Shown here: positions 1 through 9,592 of the stretch, piece after piece
How positions within the stretch are numbered: the stretch's first letter is position 1
Layout of the letters: every line of letters begins with the position of its first letter
Assembly (NCBI GenBank): GCA_036172315.1
Contig: JASFBC010000018.1
Location: forward strand, 246 to 64,245
From: Anaerolineae bacterium
Lineage (GTDB): Bacteria > Chloroflexota > Anaerolineae > B4-G1 > DUEL01
DNA: 64,000 nt
Direction: 5' to 3'
The notes under the pieces: generated by a model
Told to the model about the DNA's origin: nothing
Database searches by the model: none
The model's input: only the letters and a program-made list of their open reading frames with translations
Made by a program: the position numbers and the translations under genes

Positions 1-42
1 CCACGGTACCCCCGGCCGGGCAACTCTGAAAGTTCCTGGCAT

Positions 43-1557
43 TTAGCGGGAAACCCCCAGAATCCAGCGCTCATAGAGGTCCCGATGTTCACTTCCCGTC
101 ACCGCCCGGACCGTCGCCAGAAAGGAATCCGGGGTGGCGATGCCGTAACGGTGGCGGCGGTAGTACGCCCGCAGAATGGCGAAGAAGTTCTCGTCCCCCA
201 CCCGACCGCGCAGGGCGTGGAAGTAGAGGGTACCCTTTCGGTACACTACTGGGCTGTAGAGGTCCCGGGGATAGGCGGCGACCGGCAGCCCGGCAGGCAT
301 GTCGCTCCCTTCTTCTACCAGCCGGTCGTAGGTGGCCTGAAAGTCTTCCTTCAGAATCCCGGCCGCCACATCAGCGCCGTAGAGAAATTCGTGGTACAAC
401 AACGTGGTGTACTGGGTCAGCCCTTCATCCAGCCAGGGTTCGTCCACCTGATCGCTTCCCACCACGCCGTACCACCACTGGTGAGCCACCTCATGCGCCA
501 CCACCCACTCCAGGCGAGGGTGACCGTTATAGAGCCGGTCCGAAATGACCACCAGGGTTGGGTACTCTATTCCCCCGGCCCGGGTCGGAGTCTCCACTAC
601 GTCCAGTTCCTCGTACGGGTACGGCCCGAAAAGGCGGGAGTAGAGAGTCAGGGCATTTACAGCCATTCCCAGGACTTGCTCGCCACCCTCCCGATGATGG
701 GAGTAGAAGTAACTGTTGACGACGACCCCTTCGGCGACCTGGCTGGCGACCTGGTAATCGTCGCCCAGGATGAGAGCGAAATCGCGGACCGGGCCAGCCT
801 GGCAGGACCAGCGCCCGGCCCCCAACATGGAGCACGTCCCGGAAGCCACCAGCGTCATCGTGGGCGGCGCCGTCACGTCCACCTGGTAGAAAGCGATGTC
901 GGAGTAGACGGCATCGCCGTATTCCGGCGCGATCTCCACATTCCAGCCCTCCTCGTCGTAGACAGGGATCAGGGGATAGACCTCAGGCAGGGCTATCACG
1001 CCCCGCACGTAGGAGAACTGGGCGTAGTCTATTTCGTCGGTCAGGGGGACGGTGACGGTGAACCCCATGCTGAGAGTGATGGTCTCCATAGGGGCCAGGG
1101 GCGGGCTCAGCCAGAGGCGCAGGGCCGACCCGCCCAGACGGACCTCCGGGCTAACCGGTCTCCCGTTCAGGCGGAGGAGGGTTACCTTCATCTTCCCCCC
1201 GTAGCCGGGAGTATTCGGGAAGAGACGGAGGTAGAGATCGCTCAGGGGGACTTCCTCGGTATTGGTGTAGCGGACCCGCTGCTCCCCTATTATCTGGGCT
1301 TGGGCGACATCCACGGTCAGGGAAATGGCGTACCGGGAGGCCAGGGAGAGCGCGTCCGGGGGAGGGGGTGTATCCATCGGCGCGGCGGTGGGAAAGGGAC
1401 GGGGAGTAGGCGCCGCCGAGGTGGGAGATGATGGGGGCATCAGGGGCAAGCAGGCGATGAGCAGAATGAGCAACCCAACCAGGGCAAAGGCCCGGGGCAG
1501 GCGGCCCGGGAATGCTCGCTGGTACCAATAGTCGGTGGGGGTGGGTGAGCCGTTCAT
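43..1557 (-). CDS. M1-family zinc aminopeptidase (HEXXH...E gluzincin), membrane-anchored/secreted
   Basis: The ORF contains HEVAHQWWYGVVGSDQVDEPWLDEGLTQYTT, which is the M1 HEXXH-(18)-E motif. Start is placed at the internal ATG (MNGSPTPTDYW...), which is followed by a hydrophobic segment. The longer ORF in the track reads through the lexA promoter region. Confidence 0.8.
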   Translation of the reverse strand: MNGSPTPTDYWYQRAFPGRLPRAFALVGLLILLIACLPLMPPSSPTSAAPTPRPFPTAAPMDTPPPPDALSLASRYAISLTVDVAQAQIIGEQRVRYTNTEEVPLSDLYLRLFPNTPGYGGKMKVTLLRLNGRPVSPEVRLGGSALRLWLSPPLAPMETITLSMGFTVTVPLTDEIDYAQFSYVRGVIALPEVYPLIPVYDEEGWNVEIAPEYGDAVYSDIAFYQVDVTAPPTMTLVASGTCSMLGAGRWSCQAGPVRDFALILGDDYQVASQVAEGVVVNSYFYSHHREGGEQVLGMAVNALTLYSRLFGPYPYEELDVVETPTRAGGIEYPTLVVISDRLYNGHPRLEWVVAHEVAHQWWYGVVGSDQVDEPWLDEGLTQYTTLLYHEFLYGADVAAGILKEDFQATYDRLVEEGSDMPAGLPVAAYPRDLYSPVVYRKGTLYFHALRGRVGDENFFAILRAYYRRHRYGIATPDSFLATVRAVTGSEHRDLYERWILGVSR

Positions 1558-1594
1558 CGGCCATATTGTACAACAAAAAGGGGAAATTTCAAAT

Positions 1595-1623
1595 TTGACA
1601 TTGAACGGATGTTCGTTTATAAT
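1595..1623 (+). promoter_or_regulatory. lexA sigma70 promoter (TTGACA-17-TATAAT) with embedded GAACGGATGTTC SOS (Cheo-type) box
   Basis: TTGACA at 1595-1600 and TATAAT at 1618-1623 are separated by 17 bp. The GAAC-N4-GTTC box lies at 1603-1614. RBS GGAGGC precedes the lexA ATG at 1651. Confidence 0.7.
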
Positions 1624-1650
1624 AAGAGAAACCCACCGCAGGAGGCTCCG

Positions 1651-2313
1651 ATGAACAGACAGCGGGAAGAGGTAGAGAAGCAGGAGCGACGGATTCTGGA
1701 GTGCATCCGAGACTTTATCTGGGAACGGGGCTATCCTCCCACCGTCCGGGACATCGCCCGGGAACTGGGGATCTCTTCCACCTCGGTGGTGGACTATCAC
1801 CTGAGGCGGCTGGAGCGGGCGGGATGGATAGAGCGGGACCCCCGCTCCTCCCGGGGCATTCGTCTCACTGCGGCCGGCGCGCGTGGGCTGGGACTTGGCG
1901 AGATCATCTCCATCCCGCTCCTGGGCGATATTGCGGCGGGCGAACCGATTCCCATCCCCTCCTCCGACTTCTCCCTGCTGGGCGTGGAGGAGACGATTGA
2001 GTTAACCCGCAGCCTCGTGGGAGACCCGCAAGATCTCTATGCTCTGCGTGTCCGGGGGAATTCCATGATAGACGCGATGATCCACGACGGCGACATCGTG
2101 ATTATGCGCCCCACTCCCTCCGTGGAGAACGGAGAAATGGCGGCGGTATGGCTGGAGGACCGGGAGGAGATCACCCTCAAGAGGGTATACAGGGAGGGAG
2201 AACGGGTCCGCCTGCAGCCCGCCAACCCGATGATGGCCCCCATCTATGTGGATGACCCCCGGCAGGTGAAAATCCAGGGCAAGGTCGTGATGGTCATCCG
2301 ACAGGTCTGTTGA
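1651..2313 (+). CDS. lexA: LexA repressor (wHTH + S24 peptidase domain)
   Basis: N-terminal wHTH region ECIRDFIWERGYPPTVRDIARELGISSTSVVDYHLRRLERAGWI. The S24 GNSMIDAMIHDGD and LKRV(Y) Ser/Lys dyad region is present. Confidence 0.9.
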   Translation: MNRQREEVEKQERRILECIRDFIWERGYPPTVRDIARELGISSTSVVDYHLRRLERAGWIERDPRSSRGIRLTAAGARGLGLGEIISIPLLGDIAAGEPIPIPSSDFSLLGVEETIELTRSLVGDPQDLYALRVRGNSMIDAMIHDGDIVIMRPTPSVENGEMAAVWLEDREEITLKRVYREGERVRLQPANPMMAPIYVDDPRQVKIQGKVVMVIRQVC

Positions 2314-2329
2314 ACGGTGCAGACTGGAG

Positions 2330-4738
2330 TTATCCCAGAGCCTCTTCTATCGGAGGGTACTCGTCGGTCGCTCTATCGGCAGTGGCGGGCGAAGGGGGGC
2401 GGCGAATCGGCAGCAGGACGGTGAATGTACTCCCCTGCCCGGGGGCGGATTCCAGCCAGACGCGCCCCCCGTGTGCCTCCACCAGGGACTTAACGATAGA
2501 GAGTCCTACCCCCATGCCTCCCGCTGCCATTCGCAGCGGGTCATCGGTGTGATAGAACCGCTCCCACACCCGGGATTGTTCCTCCGGCGGAATGCCGATG
2601 CCCGTGTCCTGAACCCAGAGACGGCAGAACTGGGGAGAGGCACCACCCGGTTCCGGTACCCCTGCCAATCCCACCGTTACCCGACCGCCTGGGTAGGTGA
2701 ATTTGACGGCATTGCTGATCAGGTTGCTCACTACCTGACGGATGCGCAGCGGGTCCACCTCTACTGAGGGCACATCATCCGCCACTTCCAGCCGCCATTC
2801 CAGTTGCCTCGCCTTCATCTGAGGAACGTAGGATTCCAGGACCTCGCCGACCAGCAAGGCCAGGTCTGTGGGAGCGTAATTCAATTCCAGGCCTCCTCGC
2901 TCGCTTTCGGCGATAGCGATGAGATTATTGGCAATCGCGACCAATCGGCGGGCATTGTCGTGAATGATGTGGAGAAATGTGGACTGGGTGTGAGATAGCG
3001 GGCCCACTATGCCGCTGTAGAGCGCCTCGCTGTAGCCCAGAATGGCGGTCAGGGGCGTCCGGAGTTCGTGAGAGATGTGGGCGATAAATTCCCGTTTGGA
3101 CTTCTCGGCCTGAACCTCTCGGGTGACATCCCGCAACACGGCCACTGTGCCCAGATGCTCGCCGGTGGGGAGTCGGATAGGCGCCGCGCTGACCGCAATC
3201 TGTTTCCCCTCCAGTTCGAAGAGGGTATGGAGTGGCGATTGAGGATGGATCACATCTCCCGGAGACTGGGCAGCGATAGCCTCCAGCGCCGGCTGGACGG
3301 GGCGGCCCAGGAGTCGTTCCCGGGGAACCCCCAGAATATGCTCCGCCGCCGCGTTCATCCGGATCGCCACCCCCCGCTCATCGGTCACAATGATCCCCTC
3401 ACTCGCACTCTCCAGGATGGCTTCCCGCAGGGAAGCCTCACGCTCCCGCTCCCATAATGCCTGCTCCAGGCGTTGGACCTCCCGTTCCAGGCGGCGGTAG
3501 AGATAGACGTTCTCAATCGCCGCCGCCATTTGAGTCGCAATGGACTCGCATAGACGGATGTCCCGGCTTTCAAAAGGACCCGGCCGGTGGTCATTGACGA
3601 TAACGAGCACCCCTACTACCTGGTCCCTCTGGATCATGGGTTGCACCATTACCGTCCCACCTTTGGGGCTTTGCAGGAGGTCGTAGAGGGATTGGAGGTC
3701 CGGCTGGGGACGGTGGGGATGGAGAATCAGGTGCCGCCGCCTTCGGACGGCATAGGCCAGAAGAGGGTACCGGTCTAAGGGCACATCAATGGGGTCAGGA
3801 GATGCCAGGTGTCCGACCAGCGGAGCGTACAGGGTCATCAGGCGCAGTCGCTCAGGGGCCTCTTTTCCGGAAAGGTCTGCTGGCGTTTCTTCCGGTCGTA
3901 GCAGGACCGCTATCCGGTCGGCATCCAGGGCCTGGGCAATATGTTCCACCACCTGCTTCAGGACCTCTTCCAGTTCCAGGGACGCACTGAGCGCCTGACT
4001 GACTTCCAGCAGGGAGAGCAGTTCTCTGGTCTGCTGCAGGGAGCGTTCGCTGAGGGTTTGCAGTTCCTGCCGATAAGCCCAGAGGTCCTGAAGAGCCGCG
4101 CGATACACGACGACGGAGATGAGAGGATAACCGAAGAGATTGACCAACCGCCCCAGTCCCGTCTGATCTATAGTCACTAACCCGTTACCCAGGGCGATGA
4201 TCAGAAAGGCGATGCCGGGTAGTGGATTTTCTACCCGCCGCCGATGCAGGACCAGATACAGGCCACTGAAGATGGCCAACAGGGTTGCCCAGATGTCCCA
4301 GATCGTCTGTTGCCAGAAAGCAGTGTATTCAAAGAAGGGGACAGAGCGAGCCAGAGGGTACCAGAAAGGGAAGAACAGGAGGGTGACGCCTAAAATTGCT
4401 GTGGACTGAACCATCAAGAACCACCACCTTGCCCGGCGTCCGAGCAGAGGGGAAAGGAATGCCCAACTTATCACGGTGAGGCTGGCAACCTCCAGCGCGT
4501 AGAGAAGGGGAGCAAGGACGTTATAGCCTTGAGGCCCCAGGACCAGGAGAGGAATCCGCAGGAACAGTACGACCGTGAAAGCGATCAAAAAGCGCCGCTG
4601 GTCTGGATTTCGGGTATGCCGGTACTCCACCACTGCGATACCGGCTGCCCCCTCCAGGGCCAGCAGAATCAGCAGGTGGTAGACGAAAGTACCCGGTCCC
4701 GTGCTGAGCAGGTTATAGAGCGGGCCCAGAATTCCCAT
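2330..4738 (-). CDS. Multi-TM sensor histidine kinase (GAF-PAS-HisKA-HATPase)
   Basis: About 8 N-terminal TM helices are followed by a GAF-like region and a PAS region. The H-box is HELRTPLTAILGYSE, and the HATPase N/G boxes are present (VQDTGIGIPPEE, GGMGVGLSIV). Confidence 0.85.
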   Translation of the reverse strand: MGILGPLYNLLSTGPGTFVYHLLILLALEGAAGIAVVEYRHTRNPDQRRFLIAFTVVLFLRIPLLVLGPQGYNVLAPLLYALEVASLTVISWAFLSPLLGRRARWWFLMVQSTAILGVTLLFFPFWYPLARSVPFFEYTAFWQQTIWDIWATLLAIFSGLYLVLHRRRVENPLPGIAFLIIALGNGLVTIDQTGLGRLVNLFGYPLISVVVYRAALQDLWAYRQELQTLSERSLQQTRELLSLLEVSQALSASLELEEVLKQVVEHIAQALDADRIAVLLRPEETPADLSGKEAPERLRLMTLYAPLVGHLASPDPIDVPLDRYPLLAYAVRRRRHLILHPHRPQPDLQSLYDLLQSPKGGTVMVQPMIQRDQVVGVLVIVNDHRPGPFESRDIRLCESIATQMAAAIENVYLYRRLEREVQRLEQALWEREREASLREAILESASEGIIVTDERGVAIRMNAAAEHILGVPRERLLGRPVQPALEAIAAQSPGDVIHPQSPLHTLFELEGKQIAVSAAPIRLPTGEHLGTVAVLRDVTREVQAEKSKREFIAHISHELRTPLTAILGYSEALYSGIVGPLSHTQSTFLHIIHDNARRLVAIANNLIAIAESERGGLELNYAPTDLALLVGEVLESYVPQMKARQLEWRLEVADDVPSVEVDPLRIRQVVSNLISNAVKFTYPGGRVTVGLAGVPEPGGASPQFCRLWVQDTGIGIPPEEQSRVWERFYHTDDPLRMAAGGMGVGLSIVKSLVEAHGGRVWLESAPGQGSTFTVLLPIRRPPSPATADRATDEYPPIEEALG

Positions 4739-5405
4739 AAGGATTCCTCAAAACAAGACGGGTTGAGTGGTCGCCGGTTTTGTCAATCGAGCGAGATCAT
4801 TCAGGGCCGACTTTGTGCGTTTGCATGCTCTCCGTTATCCCTCCCTCTCCTCCACTAGGCCTGTGGCCAGGGGAAAAGGAGAGATTGGAGGCAGGTGACC
4901 AATCCAATTATATCTCATTCCGACAAGCAGGCAATCATGCGTATTCACGGATTACATCTCTTTCCTCGCCAGCAGCGGGAGGATCATTCCTCATCACTAC
5001 CGTCACTACCCGTTTGTCAGGAAAGCCGATAGCAGGTATAATGTTGGCGAAAAAGTAACGATTCAGCCCGATGGAGGTCACCCTCCTGGTGCCAATTGGA
5101 AATCGGTCTCCCTGGACGCTTTGCGCCGGGCGTCAACACTCGGGCGAATTTTATTTTGGACGCAGATTCACGCAGATTCTCTCGGATTATCTCTGGAAAT
5201 CGTAATTGTTCAGCCCGATGGAGATCGCCCTCCCGCAGACCACAGACCGTAGACCACAGATGACGGTGGTCGGTGGTCCGTAGTCGGTGGTCTGTCGTCC
5301 ACCGTCTGTCGTCCATCCCGGAAGGACGGCGCACGCCATCCATTGGCCAGAGGCCCGGGGAAGACAAAGCGCCGAATAGTTACAAAATACCATAAGGAGG
5401 CACCC

Positions 5406-6077
5406 ATGTTAGTCGGTGAAAGGATGACCAAACGTCCCATTACGGTGACCGAGGAGACGTCCCTGCCCGAAGCGCTGGAATTGATGCGCCGGGAGAAGAT
5501 CCGCCGCCTCCCCGTGCTGGATAAACACGGGAAACTGGTGGGCATCGTGACCGAATTGGACCTTCTGCGAGCCTCTCCCTCCCCAGCAACTACACTGAGC
5601 ATCTACGAAATCCCCTACCTCCTCTCCAAAGTCAAGATGCATAATATTATGACCCGCGAGGTCATTACGGTGACCGAGGACACCCCCATAGAAGAGGCGG
5701 CCCGCATTATGGCCGATAACAAAATCGGCGGTCTGCCTGTCATGCGGGACGACAAACTGGTCGGCATCATCACCGAGACGGACATCTTCAAACTGATGCT
5801 GGAACTCTTCGGCGCCCGCCAGAGCGGTATCCGTGTTACCCTCTCTGTGCCCAATGAGAAGGGCATCCTGGCCCGGGTGACCGGCAAGATCGCCGAAATG
5901 GGCGGCAACATCCTCTCCCTGGGCACCGCGATGGGCGAGGACCCGTCCACCAGCACTCTCATCCTGCGGGTAGCAGACGTTTCCGAAGAGGCGCTGGTAG
6001 CGGGGCTGAACGGCCTGGGCGGCGGTATCCGGGTTACCCACTCCCTTACCTGTACCTTGCCCGTCTGCCCGACCTGA
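5406..6077 (+). CDS. CBS-pair + ACT domain protein (AcuB-like)
   Basis: Two CBS motifs (RRLPVLDKHGKLVGIVTELDLL and GGLPVMRDDKLVGIITETDIF) plus a C-terminal ACT-like RVTLSVPNEKGILARVTGKIAEMGGNI. RBS AAGGAGG precedes the ATG at 5406. Confidence 0.8.
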   Translation: MLVGERMTKRPITVTEETSLPEALELMRREKIRRLPVLDKHGKLVGIVTELDLLRASPSPATTLSIYEIPYLLSKVKMHNIMTREVITVTEDTPIEEAARIMADNKIGGLPVMRDDKLVGIITETDIFKLMLELFGARQSGIRVTLSVPNEKGILARVTGKIAEMGGNILSLGTAMGEDPSTSTLILRVADVSEEALVAGLNGLGGGIRVTHSLTCTLPVCPT

Positions 6078-6162
6078 TTGGCGTTCACCGGCGTCGGATC
6101 GCTGGATAGGGCCTCCCGCCGTACCCGAATCCCTCAGCGGGAGGCCCGCCCAGGAGCACGCG

Positions 6163-7842
6163 ATGGACATCCCGAACCTCCGCTGGTGGGGGTGGGGTAC
6201 CCTGGATCGTTCTTACCCCCTGGAGAACCGGCCGCGCTTCTGGCCTACCCTGCGGGCCTGGCTGGAACTGCCCGACGACCTGAGGGAACGCCCGCCGGTC
6301 CCCCTGGAGTCGCTCCAACTCCGACCGTCCCGCCTGGACGACCCGGTTCTGGCCTCTCTGTGCCGACTGGTCGGAGAAGAGGCGGTCCGGCTGGACCTGC
6401 GCACCCGCGTGGAGCATGCCTGCGGCAAGGCCTATCGGGACCTGGTACGCGTGCGGGCCGGCATCATCCCCAACCCCCCGGATGCCGTCGTCTACCCGGC
6501 CGACGAGGGACAGGTGGCGGCGGTGGTCGCCTGGGCCGCCGACCGGGACATCCTCATTATCCCCTTCGGCGGCGGGAGCACCGTCCTGGGCGCTGTGGAG
6601 CCGCCCCCTGACGACCGTCCCGCCATCAGCCTGGACCTGGCCCGCCTGGACCGGCTCATCTCCATAGACCCCGTCTCCCGGACCGCCCGCATCCAGGCCG
6701 GCGCGACCGGGCCGGAGGTGGAGGCCCAACTGAATGCCCACGGCTTCACCCTGGGCCATTTCCCCCAATCCTTTGAGTTCTCCACCCTCGGCGGCTGGAT
6801 CGCCACCCGGGGCGCCGGTCAGACTTCCACCGGCTACGGCAAAATAGAGCACATGACCCAGGCGGTCCAGGTGGTCACCCCGGTGGGCATCATTGAGACG
6901 CGCGATGTCCCCGCCGCCGCCACCGGCCCCAGCCTGTTGCACCTCCTGATTGGTTCGGAGGGGACCTGCGGGGTCATCACCCAGGCGACGATGCGAATCT
7001 CCCCCTGCCCCGAAGTCCAGGACTACCGGGGGTTCCTCTTCCACCGACTGGACGAGGCCGTCGCCGCGCTGCGTGACCTGATGCAGCAGGGCCCCTGCCC
7101 CACCATTGCCCGCCTCTCCGACCCCGAGGAGACAGCGGGTTTCGCCGCTATGGCCCATGCCCACTCCGGCCTGCGGGCGCTGGCGGACTGGGCCGCAGAC
7201 CGGTACCTGGCCTGGAGGGGCCACAGTTTGACCGGCGGGAGTTGTTTCCTGCTCTTGGGCTACGACGGCCGCCCGGAGGATGTTCGCCCCCGCTGGCGGC
7301 GGGCGACCGAAATCTGCCGGGACCATGGAGGCCTGCCCCTGGGCCGCCGCGTCGGCGAATCCTGGAAGCGGGAGCGGTTCGCCCATCCCTACCTGCGGGA
7401 TACCCTCTTAAGCGTCGGCGTCATGGTGGATACGCTGGAGACGGCCACCACCTGGTCCAACCTGCTTCACCTCTACGAGGCGATGACGGCGGCCATCCGG
7501 GCAGCCATCCGGGAGACTGGCGGCGGCCCCGGCTACGTGATGACCCATATCTCCCATAGTTATCCCTGGGGAGCCTCTCTGTATACCACTTTCCTGGGCC
7601 GGCAGGTGCCTGGTGCGGAGATTGAGCAGTGGTGGGCCGTGAAAGAAGCGGCGACGGAGGCAATTTTGGCCGCCGGAGGCACCCTCAGCCACCATCACGG
7701 CATCGGCCGCGACCATACCCGCTGGCTCCGGGAAGAGATCGGTCCGCTGGGGTTGAGGACTCTTCAGGCCCTCAAGGCCGCCCTGGACCCCACCGGCATT
7801 ATGAACCCGGGCGTCCTGCTGCCGACCCGGGCGATGCCGTAG
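6163..7842 (+). CDS. FAD-linked oxidase (FAD_binding_4 / alkyl-DHAP-synthase- or GlcD-like)
   Basis: FAD-binding PCMH-type region VVYPADEGQVAAVVAWAADRDILIIPFGGGSTVLG. The C-terminal FAD-oxidase domain contains HHHGIG. Confidence 0.7.
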   Translation: MDIPNLRWWGWGTLDRSYPLENRPRFWPTLRAWLELPDDLRERPPVPLESLQLRPSRLDDPVLASLCRLVGEEAVRLDLRTRVEHACGKAYRDLVRVRAGIIPNPPDAVVYPADEGQVAAVVAWAADRDILIIPFGGGSTVLGAVEPPPDDRPAISLDLARLDRLISIDPVSRTARIQAGATGPEVEAQLNAHGFTLGHFPQSFEFSTLGGWIATRGAGQTSTGYGKIEHMTQAVQVVTPVGIIETRDVPAAATGPSLLHLLIGSEGTCGVITQATMRISPCPEVQDYRGFLFHRLDEAVAALRDLMQQGPCPTIARLSDPEETAGFAAMAHAHSGLRALADWAADRYLAWRGHSLTGGSCFLLLGYDGRPEDVRPRWRRATEICRDHGGLPLGRRVGESWKRERFAHPYLRDTLLSVGVMVDTLETATTWSNLLHLYEAMTAAIRAAIRETGGGPGYVMTHISHSYPWGASLYTTFLGRQVPGAEIEQWWAVKEAATEAILAAGGTLSHHHGIGRDHTRWLREEIGPLGLRTLQALKAALDPTGIMNPGVLLPTRAMP

Positions 7843-7855
7843 ACGACGATCATAG

Positions 7856-7920
7856 CGTTTCGCAGGCTAACAGCCTGCGCTACAGGCTGACAGCCTGCGT
7901 TACAGGCCGCCAGGCTTGCA
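7856..7920. repeat. REP-like hairpin tandem array (unit CAGGCTAACAGCCTGCGCTA, ~3 copies)
   Basis: The 8-bp stem CAGGCT/AGCCTG with an AAC loop is repeated in tandem between the FAD-oxidase stop and glpD. Confidence 0.8.
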
Positions 7921-8004
7921 CTATACGAAGCCCGGAGGTCAACCCTGGAACCCGTTCCCTCGTCCAACTATCGTCCCTTCTCGGTTTCCGCTCGCGAGGA
8001 GAAC

Positions 8005-9582
8005 CTGGCTCGCCTCGCCGACGAGACCTTTGCCGTTCTGGTTATCGGCGGCGGCATCACCGGCGCCGCGATTGCGCGGGATGCGGCGATGCGGGGCTTC
8101 TGCACCGCGCTGGTAGAGAAGGGCGATTTCGCTCTCGGCACCAGCAGCCGCTCCACCCGCCTGGTCCATGGCGGTATCCGCTACCTGGAGTACGGCGAGT
8201 TCCGTCTGGTGTTTGACGCCTGCACCGAACGGCGCATCCTGCGCCGTATTGCCCCCCGCCTGGTCCGCCCGCTGGCTTTCCTCTATCCCCTCTACGCCGG
8301 TCAGCGCCCTCCGGCCTGGAAACTCCGCCTGGGCCTCACCCTCTACGACGCTCTCAGCCTCTTCCGCAACGTCCAGATGCACCGCTGGCTCTCTCCGGAG
8401 GAGGCCGCCCGGCGGGAGCCCCTGGTCGCTGGACGGGGACTGATCGGCGTGGGCCGCTACTACGATGCCCAGGTCAACGACGCCCGACTGACCCTGGCGA
8501 TGGTCCGCGCCGCCCACCTGCACGGCGCCGTAGCGGCCAACTACGTCCGGGTGGTTGGTCTGATGAAGACCGGGGGGAAAATCGTCGGCGCGCAGGTAGT
8601 GGACGCGCGCTCCGGGCGGGAGATAGAAGTCCGGGCCCGCATCGTTGTCAATGCCACCGGCATCTGGGCTGACCACATCCGCGCCCTGGACGACCCCAAC
8701 GCCCGCCCCATGCTCCGTCCCACTAAAGGCATCCATCTCCTTATCCCGCGCACCTGTCTCTATACCCATCACGCCCTCATCTTCACCTCTCCGCGCGATG
8801 GCCGCCATATGTTCGTCATCCCCTGGAAGGACTTCGCCCTTATCGGCACCACCGACACCGATTACCCGGGCGACCTGGATCACCCCGCGGCCGACCCCGA
8901 CGACGTGGCGTACCTCCTGGAGGCCGTCAACCACCTCTTTCCCGGCGCCCGCATCAGCGAAGCAGACATCATCAGTACCTTTGCCGGACTGCGCCCCTTG
9001 GTGGCCGCGCCGGGTCATCCCTCCGCCGTCTCCCGCACCCACGTTATTGTGGAGAGTCCCTCGGGACTGGTGACCATCACCGGCGGCAAACTGACCACTG
9101 CCCGCCGTATGGCCGAAGAGTTGACCGACCTTGTCCAGAAGCGGCTGGCCCAAATGGGCATTGCGGCCCGGTCCGGATGCCGGACTCAGGAGCCCCTGGA
9201 GGGCGCGCAGATGGAGGCGGTGGAAATGGAGATGCCGGACGAGCGGGTGGCCCGTCATCTGGTGGAAACCTACGGCGGCGACGCCCGCTGGATTCTGGGT
9301 TATGTGGAGGAGAATCCCGCGCTGGGTGAACCGATGGTGCCGGGATTGCCGTACCTGCTGGCGGAAGCCCTCTATGCCGTCGGGCACGAAATGGCTGTGA
9401 CCCTCAGCGACGTCCTCATCCGTCGCACCCACGTTATCTATGATACCCGGGACGGTGGACTGGGCCGCGCGCGGGCCGTCGCGGAGGTGATGGCCCCCCG
9501 CCTGGGCTGGGACAAGGCGGAGGTAGAACGCCAACTGGCCGATTATGCCGCACAGATGGCATTGACCCGGGCTCCTCGTTGA
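8005..9582 (+). CDS. glpD: FAD-dependent glycerol-3-phosphate dehydrogenase (GlpD/GlpA family); start codon unresolved
   Basis: The dinucleotide-binding motif [18 protein letters not shown] is encoded at about 8038-8085. [11 protein letters not shown] and the C-terminal GlpD domain are present. The first ATG (8089) lies downstream of the GxGxxG motif, and there is no ATG, GTG or TTG in frame between the upstream stop (7888) and 8089. Confidence 0.75.
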   Translation: MARLADETFAVLVIGGGITGAAIARDAAMRGFCTALVEKGDFALGTSSRSTRLVHGGIRYLEYGEFRLVFDACTERRILRRIAPRLVRPLAFLYPLYAGQRPPAWKLRLGLTLYDALSLFRNVQMHRWLSPEEAARREPLVAGRGLIGVGRYYDAQVNDARLTLAMVRAAHLHGAVAANYVRVVGLMKTGGKIVGAQVVDARSGREIEVRARIVVNATGIWADHIRALDDPNARPMLRPTKGIHLLIPRTCLYTHHALIFTSPRDGRHMFVIPWKDFALIGTTDTDYPGDLDHPAADPDDVAYLLEAVNHLFPGARISEADIISTFAGLRPLVAAPGHPSAVSRTHVIVESPSGLVTITGGKLTTARRMAEELTDLVQKRLAQMGIAARSGCRTQEPLEGAQMEAVEMEMPDERVARHLVETYGGDARWILGYVEENPALGEPMVPGLPYLLAEALYAVGHEMAVTLSDVLIRRTHVIYDTRDGGLGRARAVAEVMAPRLGWDKAEVERQLADYAAQMALTRAPR

Positions 9583-9592
9583 CGGAATACGC

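Noticed and set aside
4739-5405. tRNA or other structured RNA gene in the long intergenic region
   Set aside because: No cloverleaf-compatible segment, and no conserved tRNA T-loop (GTTCRANYC) or D-loop signature, was recognisable by eye. The repeats are better explained as dispersed elements.
6085-7386. A 433-aa minus-strand ORF, and many similar long ORFs: 7939-9594, 10706-11305, 16041-17477, 19640-20707, 21085-22320, 24859-25788, 25655-26569, 38142-39674, 47779-49614, 50341-51633, 59418-60995 and others
   Set aside because: Their Arg/Pro/Gly/Ala-rich composition is typical of GC-rich antisense or alternative frames. Each overlaps a gene with clear family motifs on the other strand or frame.
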